DNA of 64,000 bases from positions 145,793 through 209,792 of the forward strand of contig CAYYQN010000002.1 of the NCBI GenBank assembly GCA_964473865.1, written 5' to 3'. This DNA comes from an uncultured bacterium (lineage in GTDB: Bacteria; Eisenbacteria; RBG-16-71-46; CAIMUX01). Positions 22,223 through 31,232 of this stretch are shown here, one piece after another. A program made the position numbers and the translations under genes. The first letter of the stretch is position 1, and the number at the start of each line of letters is the position of its first letter. The notes beneath the pieces are model-generated. The model worked only from the letters and a program-made list of their open reading frames with translations. It had not been told where the DNA came from and ran no database searches.

Positions 22223-24145
22223 ATGCTGAGAGATCCAGACAGCCGCGTTCGTGGCGCCGATCGGTCGGGCGCGGGGCGCCGGGATCGGATTCCCGACGCG
22301 CGGGTCCTGGCGGCACTGGTCCTGGCCGCACTCGTCCTGGCGGCATTCGTCCTGGGAAGCAGCGGGTGTGCCTACTTCAACACCTTCTACTTCGCCAAGA
22401 AGTACTTCGCTCAGGCCGAGAAGCTCGCCCGCGCGGCCGGTTCGGACAAGGTTCCGCCCGACGCGATCCGCCGCTACGATGAGGCGATCAAACAAGCGAC
22501 CAAGGTGATCAAGTATCACGGCGGCAGCCGCTGGGTTGATGATGCGCTCTACCTCATGGGCGCTTCGTTCTATGGCAAGGGTGAGCACGAAGAGGCGCTG
22601 CGCAAGTTCGACGAGCTGGTGGCGAACTACCCCGAGTCCCGGTGGGTTCCCTGGGCGCTGTACAAGAGCGGCCTTTCCCACTACCAGCGCAAGAACGATG
22701 AGCTGATGGAGGCGTGTTTTCGTCGGGTGCTGAACGAGTATCCGGATTTTGAGCGAAGCGACGACATCTACTACACCGGAGCCCGGGCGGCCGAAAGGAA
22801 ACGTGACCGGGTGGAGGCGGTGCGGCGCTATCGCGAACTGGTGGAGCGATTCCCCCGTAGCGATCGCGGGCAGGAAGGGCTGCTGAGGATCGGCGATTTG
22901 TACTTCGACGCCGGTTACGCCGACAGCGCCTACACCAGCTACGCTGAGGCCTCTCGTCTCGCGCGCGATGAGCAGGGGATCCGCAACGCCGAGGTCAAGG
23001 CGGCGGATGCCCTGGTCCGACTGCAGCGGGCGCCCGAGGCGGTGCGGCAGCTCGAGCGGCTGCTACCGAGCGACGAGACGCAGATTCGGCCCGGCGAGAC
23101 GTGGCCGGCGCTGGTCCGGGTGCACCTGGCGCAGGCCTACAATGCCACCGCTCGACCCGCGGACGCTCTGGAGGCGTTGCGACTGGTGGTCACGAAGTAC
23201 CCGCAGTCGAGCTATGCCCCCGAGGCGCAGTTCCAGATCGGATACACGTACGAAGTCTATCTCGACTCGCTTGATGCCGCCCGCACCGCCTATGACCAGG
23301 TCGGGCGCTCCGGGTCGACCAGCGTGTTTCGAGACCAGGCCCAGACCCGCTCGCGGAATCTGGCCCAGCTGCAGACCCTGGCGTCGCAGGCGGCGTCCGA
23401 CTCCACGGCGGACTCGGACAAGCAGGCGGAGGCCCAGCTGCGGATCGCGGAGCTCTACCTTCTCTCCCAGAACAAGGTGTCGGAGGCGATCGCGAAGTAC
23501 CGGGAGGTGCGGGCCGAGTATCCAGGAAGCCGTTCCGCGCCGCGGGCTGCGTATGCGCTGGCCTGGATTCAGCTCCGGCGGATGGAAGGCCAACGGGACA
23601 GCGCCCTGACCGCGTTCGTGCAGTTGATCCGGGACTTCCCGACGTCGCCGGCGGCGCGTGGCGCACTCGAGCTCCTGGCGGCCGAGGGTGCGGACACGGC
23701 GGGGCTGAGCGCGCTCCTGGTGGAGGCCCCGCCTGATACCGCGGAAACCGATGCAACGACTCCGGCCCCGGCCCCGCCGTCGCCCGCGGATTCGGAAACC
23801 GGTGTCGCTCCTGGTGCGGCGCCGCCGGAAGCCGTCCGACCACCCACGACGGAAGCGCCGCCGGGAGTGCCCCTCGCCGACAGCGTCGGATTGCCGCCGC
23901 GTTTCAGCCCGATGTCGCAGGGAGATGCGCGCGCCGGGGCCCCTGCGGACACCACGCCGGCGGGACCCGGCGCGCTTCATCCGGACAGCCTGCCGGCGGC
24001 GGCCGACACCCTTCCACCGGACAGCCTGCCGGCGGGGGCCGACACCTTTCCGCCGGACACCATGCCGCCGAGACCCGGCGCGCGCCTTCCGGACACTCTT
24101 CGGGCCGCACCCGACACGCTCCCGCCCGGTCCGAGGCGGCCGTGA
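22223..24145 (+). CDS. TPR-repeat lipoprotein with a Pro-rich repetitive C-terminal tail, inserted inside the pyr operon
   Basis: Lipobox (VLGSSGC), then multiple TPR-like repeats (YbgF/outer-membrane-assembly-like). The C-terminal roughly 150 aa is Pro/Ala-rich with the tandem PDSLPAxADTxPPD repeats. Confidence 0.7.
   Translation: MLRDPDSRVRGADRSGAGRRDRIPDARVLAALVLAALVLAAFVLGSSGCAYFNTFYFAKKYFAQAEKLARAAGSDKVPPDAIRRYDEAIKQATKVIKYHGGSRWVDDALYLMGASFYGKGEHEEALRKFDELVANYPESRWVPWALYKSGLSHYQRKNDELMEACFRRVLNEYPDFERSDDIYYTGARAAERKRDRVEAVRRYRELVERFPRSDRGQEGLLRIGDLYFDAGYADSAYTSYAEASRLARDEQGIRNAEVKAADALVRLQRAPEAVRQLERLLPSDETQIRPGETWPALVRVHLAQAYNATARPADALEALRLVVTKYPQSSYAPEAQFQIGYTYEVYLDSLDAARTAYDQVGRSGSTSVFRDQAQTRSRNLAQLQTLASQAASDSTADSDKQAEAQLRIAELYLLSQNKVSEAIAKYREVRAEYPGSRSAPRAAYALAWIQLRRMEGQRDSALTAFVQLIRDFPTSPAARGALELLAAEGADTAGLSALLVEAPPDTAETDATTPAPAPPSPADSETGVAPGAAPPEAVRPPTTEAPPGVPLADSVGLPPRFSPMSQGDARAGAPADTTPAGPGALHPDSLPAAADTLPPDSLPAGADTFPPDTMPPRPGARLPDTLRAAPDTLPPGPRRP
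23960..24075 (+). repeat. Tandem, roughly 33-nt, coding repeat (ccggacagcctgccggcggSggccgacaccYttccRcc) within the TPR lipoprotein tail
   Basis: Two near-identical copies and a third degenerate copy are visible directly. They encode the PDSLPAAADTLP / PDSLPAGADTFP / PDTLRAAPDTLP units. Confidence 0.6.
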
Positions 24146-25062
24146 CAGCGCCCGAGGGGCACGGTTCCGTTCCCGCCCCGGCCCGGGAGGCGGTAGCGCG
24201 CGTGCTGTCGAATCGGCAGCTCATTCCGGGAATCTTCGAGATCGCGCTGGCGCTCCCCGCGAAATGGGGCCCGGCGCAACCGGGTCAGTTTGTACAACTG
24301 GCCTGTCCGCCCCTGCCGGCATTCGGCCTACGCCGGCCATTCAGCCTGGCCGCTTGCGACGTTTCTGCAGAGAGGGTCGAGGCTCGGATCGTGTATGGGG
24401 CGATCGGCCTGCGGACACGCGAGCTCTCGCAGGCGCCTCCCGGCTCCCGGCTCCCGCTACTGGGACCGCTTGGCCGCCCGTTCGCTCCGCCCGCCGGACG
24501 CCGCGCGGTCCTGCTCGGAGGGGGGCGAGGACTGGCCCCGGTACTGATGCTGGCGGAACGGCTCAGGCGGGACGTCGATCCCCGGAAGCCTCGGCGCGAC
24601 GCCGGCAGCGATCGCCTGGCACCCGGGGCGGGCCGCGAGCCCGCACTCCTCCTGCATGGAGCTCGCACCGCAAGCCAGCTCCTGCCCCTGCCCGACCCGC
24701 CGTGTCCGGTCCGGCTGGCCACGGACGACGGGAGCGAGGGACTCCACGGGACCCTGATCGACCTCCTGCAGTCGTTGCTGGATTCCGGCGAGATTCGGGA
24801 GGGACGCGACGCTCTCTACGCCTGCGGGCCCAACCGCATGCTTGCCGCGCTCGCCGCCTGGACCGCCCGGCGTGATCTTCCCTGCCAGGTCTCCTTGGAG
24901 ACGCACTTTGGCTGCGGTCTCGGGATCTGCGCCGGATGTGCGGTACCGGTGAGGGCACAACCCGGCGTCGAGGCGTCGGCGTTCGAGCGGTTCGCGTTTC
25001 TCTGCCGGGAGGGACCGGTGATGGATGCGCAACGGGTCGATTGGACCGGGGTGCCCGAGTGA
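24142..25062 (+). CDS. pyrK: Dihydroorotate dehydrogenase electron-transfer subunit
   Basis: Ferredoxin-reductase-like FAD/NAD fold with a C-terminal 2Fe-2S Cys cluster (CQVSLETHFGCGLGICAGCAV). Confidence 0.85.
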   Translation: MTAPEGHGSVPAPAREAVARVLSNRQLIPGIFEIALALPAKWGPAQPGQFVQLACPPLPAFGLRRPFSLAACDVSAERVEARIVYGAIGLRTRELSQAPPGSRLPLLGPLGRPFAPPAGRRAVLLGGGRGLAPVLMLAERLRRDVDPRKPRRDAGSDRLAPGAGREPALLLHGARTASQLLPLPDPPCPVRLATDDGSEGLHGTLIDLLQSLLDSGEIREGRDALYACGPNRMLAALAAWTARRDLPCQVSLETHFGCGLGICAGCAVPVRAQPGVEASAFERFAFLCREGPVMDAQRVDWTGVPE

Positions 25063-26048
25063 GCTCGCACGAAGACCAGAGCCGCAACGATCGCGGTGTG
25101 CCCGGACCGACCCGTGGTCCCGGCTTCCCGGGTCCGTCGCTGGCGGTGAGCGTGGGGTCGGTGCGCCTGGCGAACCCGGTACTCACCGCCTCCGGCACCT
25201 TCGGCTACGGTGACGAAGACGCAGAGCTCACCGGGGTGCGCGACCTCGGCGGAATCGTCACGAAGACGATCACCCTGGAGCCGCGTGCGGGAAACGCGCC
25301 TCCCCGCATCTGGGAGACTCCCTCCGGGATGCTGAATTCGATCGGTCTCCAGAACGTTGGTGTCGACCGCTTCTGCGCGGAGAAGATGCCGCGGCTCGCC
25401 GGGCTGGGGGTGCCGATCATCGTCTCGGTGGGCGGCCGGCGGGCCGAGGAGTTCGTGGATACGGTGCGGCATCTGGAGGGTGTCGCCGGAATCACGGCCT
25501 ACGAGGTCAACATCTCCTGCCCGAACGTGAAGGAAGGCGGGATCGAGTTCTGTCAGGACCCCGCGGCCGCGGCCGCGGTGGTCGCCAGCGTCCGCAAGGT
25601 GAGCCGTCGCCCGATCTGGGTCAAGCTGAGCCCGAACGTAACCCGGGTGGGCGTGGTGGCGCGCGCGGCCGCCGATGCGGGGGCCGATGGAATCACGGCC
25701 ATCAACACCTTCGTCGGCCTCTGCGTGGATGTCCGCACGCGGAGGAGCCGCCTGTCTGCCGGTACCGGAGGGCTGTCCGGTCCCGCCATTCGTCCCTTGG
25801 CCCTGGCCCGGGTGCGGGAGGCGGTGCGCTCGGTGGCGATTCCGGTTGTCGGGTGCGGCGGCATCGTGACCGCGGAGGATGCGCTGGAGTTCCTGGTCGT
25901 CGGCGCCCGGGCGGTGCAGGTGGGCACTGCCTCTTTCGCCAATCCCCGGGCGGCGCTCGACATGGTCGCGGGGATCAGGGGGTTTCTGGCCGCCGAGAAC
26001 CTGGCCTCAGTGGAATCTCTGATCGGCACCTACCGGGAGGGAACATGA
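25059..26048 (+). CDS. pyrD: Dihydroorotate dehydrogenase catalytic subunit (class 1B)
   Basis: GTG at 25059 overlaps the pyrK stop (GTGA). Conserved motifs LANPVLTASGTFGYG, NSIGLQN and NISCPN. Confidence 0.9.
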   Translation: MSSHEDQSRNDRGVPGPTRGPGFPGPSLAVSVGSVRLANPVLTASGTFGYGDEDAELTGVRDLGGIVTKTITLEPRAGNAPPRIWETPSGMLNSIGLQNVGVDRFCAEKMPRLAGLGVPIIVSVGGRRAEEFVDTVRHLEGVAGITAYEVNISCPNVKEGGIEFCQDPAAAAAVVASVRKVSRRPIWVKLSPNVTRVGVVARAAADAGADGITAINTFVGLCVDVRTRRSRLSAGTGGLSGPAIRPLALARVREAVRSVAIPVVGCGGIVTAEDALEFLVVGARAVQVGTASFANPRAALDMVAGIRGFLAAENLASVESLIGTYREGT

Positions 26049-26770
26049 CCGATACCCGACCCCCGGGCCCGCCCCGGCCGCAATCGGCCGGAGACCGGCT
26101 CATCGTGGCCCTTGACTTTCCGGACGCCGCCGCCGCATTGGCGATGGTCGATCGCCTGGGCGAGGACGTGAGGTGGTTCAAGGTCGGGATGGAGCTCTTC
26201 TACGCGGAGGGGCGCGGGCTCCTCGATGCGCTGCACGGGCGCGGCAAGCGGATCTTCCTCGATCTCAAGCTCCACGACATCCCGAACACCATGGTCATGG
26301 CATGCCGGAGTCTCTCCCGTCTCCCGGTGGATCTCTGCACGCTGCACATCCCCGCGGGACCCGAAGCCTTGCGGGCCTGTGCCGCCGAGGCGCGACGGAT
26401 CGCCGACGCGGAGGGTCCCGTGATCGGTCTGCTCGGCGTCACCCGCCTCACCAGCCTTTCCCCCCCGGATCCCACCGAGCCGTGGCGGGATGTGGTCGAG
26501 CTGGCGGGCCGGGCGGCACAGGCCGGCGTATTCGGTTGGATTGCGCCCGCCGCGGCGGCGCCGCTCCTGCGGGCGGCGCACGGCAGTGGGCCGGCGTTGG
26601 TCTGTCCGGGAATCCGGCTCCCGGAGCAAGGCCGCCAGGACCAGGTGATGGTGGGGACTCCCGAGGAAGCGGTGCGCGGTGGTGCCGACTGGATCGTCGT
26701 CGGAAGGCCGATCACGCGGGCCGAGGAACCGGCCAGGGCGGCCCGGGAGTTCGTACGCCGCCTGGGCTGA
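26045..26770 (+). CDS. pyrF: Orotidine 5'-phosphate decarboxylase
   Basis: ATG at 26045 overlaps the pyrD stop. Motifs LIVALDF, FKVGMELF and FLDLKLHDIPNT. Confidence 0.85.
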   Translation: MTDTRPPGPPRPQSAGDRLIVALDFPDAAAALAMVDRLGEDVRWFKVGMELFYAEGRGLLDALHGRGKRIFLDLKLHDIPNTMVMACRSLSRLPVDLCTLHIPAGPEALRACAAEARRIADAEGPVIGLLGVTRLTSLSPPDPTEPWRDVVELAGRAAQAGVFGWIAPAAAAPLLRAAHGSGPALVCPGIRLPEQGRQDQVMVGTPEEAVRGGADWIVVGRPITRAEEPARAAREFVRRLG

Positions 26771-26959
26771 GGGGTCGTGACCGGCTGCGGAGTGCCCGTG
26801 GGAACCTCGGTGGTCGGGCCAGGTTGGGGCGGCGGCACGATCGGGCGCCACGGAAGCCCCGGCGGCTCCGCCCGTTCCGCCGGTTGACCGTAGCCGGCCG
26901 GCATGCCTATTCTGTTACTCCGGTTGCGGTCGGGCCGCGGTGCCATGGGGAGGACGGGA

Positions 26960-28393
26960 ATGCAGAAGATCACCATGCTGGGCACAGGGTACGTGGGGTT
27001 GGTCACCGGTGCCTGCCTGGCGGATTTCGGGAACCGGGTCATCTGCGTCGACACCGACGCAGGCAAGGTCGAAGCTCTGCGGCAGGGGAAGCTGCCTTTC
27101 TACGAGTTCTCCCTGGGCGAAATCGTCGCGCGCAACGTTGCGGAAGGCCGGCTCAGCTTCACCACCGACCTGCCGGGCGCGATTCGAGCGAGCAAGGTGA
27201 TCTTCATCGCCGTCGGCACCCCCACCGGGCAGGGGGGAGAGGCCGACCTGGCCCAGGTCTTTTCCGCCGCGCGCACCATTGCCGCGAACATGAACGGCTA
27301 CAAGCTGGTGGTGCAGAAGAGCACCGTTCCCGTCGGCACCGGAGAGAGGGTCCTGCGGACCATCGAGGAACTGCTCAAACGGAAGCACGTTCCGTTCGAC
27401 GTGGCCAGCAACCCGGAGTTCCTCCGCGAAGGGTCCGCCGTCGAGGACTTCATGCGACCGGACCGCGTGGTGATCGGCACCTGGTCCAGGAAGGCGGAGG
27501 CGATCCTCTCGGAGATCTACCGTCCCCTCTACCTCAGCGAGACTCCGATGGTGAAGACCTCGGTGCAGACCGCGGAGCTGGTCAAGTACGCCAGCAACGC
27601 GTTCCTGGCGACCAAGATCTCGTTCATCAACGAGATGGCCAACTTGTGCGAGGTCCTCGGCGCGGACGTCAAGACGGTGGCCAAGGGGATGGGCCTGGAC
27701 AAGCGGATCGGCCCGAAGTTCCTCCACGCGGGTCCGGGCTACGGCGGATCCTGCTTCCCCAAGGACACCATGGCTTTGGCGAGCTTCGCCCGCGCCGCGG
27801 GAGTGCCGAGCGGGATCGTCGAGGCGACCATCGACGTCAACCGCCAGCAGCGGATCCGTATGATGAACAAGATCCAGGGACTCGTGCCGCGTCTCCGGGG
27901 ATCCACCATCGCCGTCCTCGGCCTCTCCTTCAAACCGATGACCGATGACATTCGCGACTCCGTCGGTGTCGATCTGGTGCGCATGTTGCGGGCCCGGGGA
28001 GCGAAGGTGCGCACGTTTGACCCGGTCGCCATGGAGCGGGCCGCCCAGGAGCTTCCGAAGTCGATCTACTTTGCCAAGGACTCCTACGACGCGGCCCGCG
28101 GGGCCGATGGCCTGGTCATCGCCACGGAGTGGAACGAGTTCCGCATGCTCGATCTCGGCAAGATCCGACGTCTGCTCCGGCGCCCGGTGGTGATCGACAC
28201 GCGCAATATCTACGACCCGGCGCTGCTCACGGTGGAAGGCTTCCGTCACGTGGGGGTGGGACGAGGGAGCCGAGTGCCGGTGCGGGCCTCGGACCGGAGG
28301 AAGAAGTCCGCGGGTCAGGCAAGGCGGAGGGCCGCCCCGCGCAAGGCTTCGCGAACGAAGGCCCGGCCCCGGCGTGCGAGAACGGGTTCATGA
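26960..28393 (+). CDS. ugd: UDP-glucose/GDP-mannose dehydrogenase family protein (UDP-glucose 6-dehydrogenase-like) with an unusual basic C-terminal tail
   Basis: Rossmann motif MLGTGYVGLVTGACLA and the catalytic Cys region (GGSCFPKD). The last roughly 45 aa are Arg/Lys/Ala-rich low complexity. Confidence 0.85.
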   Translation: MQKITMLGTGYVGLVTGACLADFGNRVICVDTDAGKVEALRQGKLPFYEFSLGEIVARNVAEGRLSFTTDLPGAIRASKVIFIAVGTPTGQGGEADLAQVFSAARTIAANMNGYKLVVQKSTVPVGTGERVLRTIEELLKRKHVPFDVASNPEFLREGSAVEDFMRPDRVVIGTWSRKAEAILSEIYRPLYLSETPMVKTSVQTAELVKYASNAFLATKISFINEMANLCEVLGADVKTVAKGMGLDKRIGPKFLHAGPGYGGSCFPKDTMALASFARAAGVPSGIVEATIDVNRQQRIRMMNKIQGLVPRLRGSTIAVLGLSFKPMTDDIRDSVGVDLVRMLRARGAKVRTFDPVAMERAAQELPKSIYFAKDSYDAARGADGLVIATEWNEFRMLDLGKIRRLLRRPVVIDTRNIYDPALLTVEGFRHVGVGRGSRVPVRASDRRKKSAGQARRRAAPRKASRTKARPRRARTGS

Positions 28394-28845
28394 TCGACGG
28401 CGTGGTCGTCAAGCCGCTCCGGGTCGTCGCCGACGAGCGCGGCTGGTTGATGGAGATCGTCCGCCGCGACGATCCGTTCTTCACCCGCTTTGGACAGAGC
28501 TACCTCACCGTGATCTATCCGGGGGTGGTCAAGGGGTGGCACTGGCACCAGAAGCAGACCGACCATTTCTGCATCGTCAAGGGGATGGCCAAGGTCGTGC
28601 TGTACGATCGGCGCGAGGAGTCGCCCACCAAGGGAGAGGTGAACGAGTTCTTCCTCGGGGAGAAGAACCCGGCGGTAGTGGTGATTCCCAACGGCGTCCT
28701 GCATGGGATGAAGGGGATCGGCACCGAGCCCGCGTTCCTGATGAACCTGACCACCGAGCCGTACAATCATTCCGCTCCGGACGAGCTCCGCGTGCCTCCC
28801 CATGATGGCGGCATCCCTTACGACTGGACGCGCCGAGATGGTTGA
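28390..28845 (+). CDS. dTDP-4-dehydrorhamnose 3,5-epimerase-like cupin (RmlC/WxcM-like sugar epimerase or isomerase)
   Basis: ATG at 28390 overlaps the ugd stop. Small cupin with RmlC-like His/Lys/Tyr residues (HWHQKQTDHFCIVKG). Confidence 0.65.
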   Translation: MIDGVVVKPLRVVADERGWLMEIVRRDDPFFTRFGQSYLTVIYPGVVKGWHWHQKQTDHFCIVKGMAKVVLYDRREESPTKGEVNEFFLGEKNPAVVVIPNGVLHGMKGIGTEPAFLMNLTTEPYNHSAPDELRVPPHDGGIPYDWTRRDG

Positions 28846-29989
28846 GGAGTCCCGCGCGCGGGTTCCGGCAGGCACCGGCCCCGTCCTGGTGACGGGCGGG
28901 GCGGGGTTCATCGGCTCCCACCTGGTCGAGGCGCTGCTCCGGCGCGGGGAGCGGGTCCGCGTGCTCGATGACCTCTCCACCGGCTCGCTCGACAACCTCG
29001 CCGCCTGCAGCCGGGAGGAGCGCCTGGAGGTCGAGATCGGCACCGCGCGGAACGCGGAGACATTTCGCCGAGTCCTCGACGGCTGCACCGCGGTCTTCCA
29101 TCTGGCCGCGTCCGTCGGGGTCGGCATGGTCACCGCGGACCCGGCGGAGTGCCTGCGCAACAACGTCGAAGGGGTGCAGAACCTCGTGGCCGGCATTGCC
29201 GCGCTGAAGTCGCTGCCGCGGGTCATGCTCTTCTCCAGCTCCGAGGTCTACGGCAAGTCGGACCGCGTCCCGCTCCGGGAGAGCGGCGATCTGGTGCTTG
29301 GCCCGAGCGACGTCCCGCGCTGGTCCTACGCCTCGGGCAAGGTGATGGGAGAGTTCCTGGTCCTGGCCGAGCACCTTCGCACCGGCTTGCCGGCCACCGT
29401 CGTGCGTTGCTTCAACACCTGCGGGCCCCGGCAGCTTCCGACCTACGGGATGGTGGTGCCGCGCCTGCTCGGTCAGGCTCTCCGTGCCGAGCCGCTCACT
29501 GTCTTCGGCGACGGGCTCCAGTCGCGGTGCTTCTCCTATGTCGGCGATGTGGTGGGAGCCGTGCTCAATCTGGCGGATCGGTCGGAGACGGTGGGAGAGG
29601 TGTACAACGTGGGTTCCGACCGCGAAACCACCGTGCTGGAGCTGGCGGCCCGAGTTCAGGGGGTGACCGGGTCCTCTTCGCAGGTTCGCCTGGTGCCCTA
29701 CTGCGAGGCATACGGCGATCGCTTCGAGGATGTCCGGCGCCGCGTTCCGGACCTCACCAAGATCCGGCGCGTGCTGGGTCAGTTGCCGCTCACCGACCTC
29801 GACACGCTGCTCCATCTGACCTGGCGGCACATCGTCGCCTCCGGCAACGGAGCCAGGCCGGGCTCGGGCGCGTCCACCCCGGTGCCTGGCGGCCTGCGCG
29901 CCGTCACCGGGCGTGCGGCGGCGGCCCGTGGGGCGCCGGATGTCTCCTCGATCTCGTCTTCCCCCGCCACGGGGCATCCCACCGCCTGA
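28838..29989 (+). CDS. NAD-dependent epimerase/dehydratase (UDP-sugar 4-epimerase/decarboxylase family)
   Basis: VLVTGGAGFIGSHLV Rossmann motif, catalytic YASGK, and an extended SDR fold. The C-terminal roughly 50 aa are low complexity. Confidence 0.8.
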   Translation: MVEESRARVPAGTGPVLVTGGAGFIGSHLVEALLRRGERVRVLDDLSTGSLDNLAACSREERLEVEIGTARNAETFRRVLDGCTAVFHLAASVGVGMVTADPAECLRNNVEGVQNLVAGIAALKSLPRVMLFSSSEVYGKSDRVPLRESGDLVLGPSDVPRWSYASGKVMGEFLVLAEHLRTGLPATVVRCFNTCGPRQLPTYGMVVPRLLGQALRAEPLTVFGDGLQSRCFSYVGDVVGAVLNLADRSETVGEVYNVGSDRETTVLELAARVQGVTGSSSQVRLVPYCEAYGDRFEDVRRRVPDLTKIRRVLGQLPLTDLDTLLHLTWRHIVASGNGARPGSGASTPVPGGLRAVTGRAAAARGAPDVSSISSSPATGHPTA

Positions 29990-30006
29990 GGCGCGGCGGC
30001 CAGGCG

Positions 30007-31149
30007 GTGTCGTTCGACCTCCCACTCGCTCTTGTTCTCCCCGGCCTGACCGCATTCGGTGTCGCCGGTGGTACGGCGCCCGCCTGGAGTCGCCGCCTGC
30101 GGGGCCGAGGCTGGACGGACAATCCTCGTCCGGACCGGCACGCGACCCGTGTGGTGTCGCGCGCGGGAGGCGCAGCCTGGCTGTCCGGCCTGCTTGCCGG
30201 TCTGACGGTCGCGATGGCGAGGGCGATTCTGATCGGACCCGGCGCCGCGGCACCAGGCGCGGGTCCCGGCCCGGGAGATCCACGTGACGCGCTGGCTGCC
30301 TGGGCGCCGGGCCTGTCCGGACGCGTGGCGCTCGGCCCGGCGACGCTCGCCGCCGCAGCCCTGCTGGCCTTTCTGGTCGGCCGGCTCGATGATCGGGGGC
30401 TCCTCGGTCCGGCGCGCAAGTGGACCCTCCAGGCCGGCGTGCTGGCGGGAGGCGCCGCAGGCCTGTTTCTCCTGGCGGAACGATTCTGTTGGATTCCGCC
30501 GGCGAGTACCGGGATCGAACCCCGAGCCTCGGCTTGGGGAGCGCCGCTCTGGCCACTGGCGCTCGCGTTCGGCGCCGGTCTGATGCTCCAGGTGGCCCTG
30601 GAGATCCTCGACCACCTGGACGGCCTCCTGGCTGTGAACGCGGCAGCGGCCGCGGCGGCCCTGGCGCTGGCCGGGCCGGCTGGCTGGCCTCGCGAGGCCG
30701 GGCTCGCCGCCTGCGGAGCCTCCCTGGGCTTTCTCTGCTGGAACCGACCGCCGGCCCGCTTCTATCTGGGCAATGGCGGAAGCCTTGCGGTAGCCACCGT
30801 GCTGCCGCTCCTGCTCTTCGCCGCGGCGCTCTCCGGAATCGGCTTGGAGATCCCGGACGCCGGCGGGTTCACGGCACCCGCGGGGCAACCGCTGAGCCGG
30901 TCTTCCGGTCCGGATGGCCTCTCGCCGTGGCGTTTCGCCGCGGTCCTGCCCGCCTTCGCATGGCCGCTCGCCGACTTCCTGTTCGTGACCGGGGCTCGAC
31001 TGAAACGCGGCGACCCGCCCTGGAGAGGGGGGCGAGATCATCTGGCCCATCGCCTCGCGCGTCGTCTGCGATCGGACGCGGCCTCATTCGCGATCGTTGC
31101 GGTTGTGGCCGTCTGCGGGTTCTTCCTGGCCGCCACGGCGTTGCGTTGA
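30007..31149 (+). CDS. Polyprenyl-phosphate N-acetylhexosamine-1-phosphate transferase (WecA/MraY family)
   Basis: Multi-TM protein with a DDxxGL-type motif (VGRLDDRGLLGP) and a WecA-like C-terminal segment (FLCWNRPPARFYLGNGGSLAV). The ORF-track start at 29149 overlaps the epimerase, so the start is moved to GTG 30007 with uncertainty. Confidence 0.55.
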   Translation: MSFDLPLALVLPGLTAFGVAGGTAPAWSRRLRGRGWTDNPRPDRHATRVVSRAGGAAWLSGLLAGLTVAMARAILIGPGAAAPGAGPGPGDPRDALAAWAPGLSGRVALGPATLAAAALLAFLVGRLDDRGLLGPARKWTLQAGVLAGGAAGLFLLAERFCWIPPASTGIEPRASAWGAPLWPLALAFGAGLMLQVALEILDHLDGLLAVNAAAAAAALALAGPAGWPREAGLAACGASLGFLCWNRPPARFYLGNGGSLAVATVLPLLLFAAALSGIGLEIPDAGGFTAPAGQPLSRSSGPDGLSPWRFAAVLPAFAWPLADFLFVTGARLKRGDPPWRGGRDHLAHRLARRLRSDAASFAIVAVVAVCGFFLAATALR

Positions 31150-31232
31150 CCGACCGGCGTCCCCGTGCTAGCGTCGCTCGTCGCAACGTTGGTGTCGGGG
31201 GCGCCTCCACCGGTCGTCCGGAAAGGTCCGAA

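Noticed and set aside
29149-30006. N-terminal roughly 285 aa of ORF 29149..31149 as part of the WecA-like protein
   Set aside because: This frame segment fully overlaps the epimerase gene in another frame and is Arg/Ala low complexity. The WecA-like TM protein plausibly starts at GTG about 30007.
28577-30556. 659-aa minus-strand ORF across the epimerase/wecA region
   Set aside because: It is antisense to the SDR epimerase (GGAGFIGSH on +). Its translation is dominated by Arg/Gly/Pro.
30420-31232. N-terminal extension of the serS ORF (track start 30420)
   Set aside because: It overlaps the WecA-like gene in a different frame. SerS homology begins exactly at ATG 31233 (MLDLKFIRSD...).
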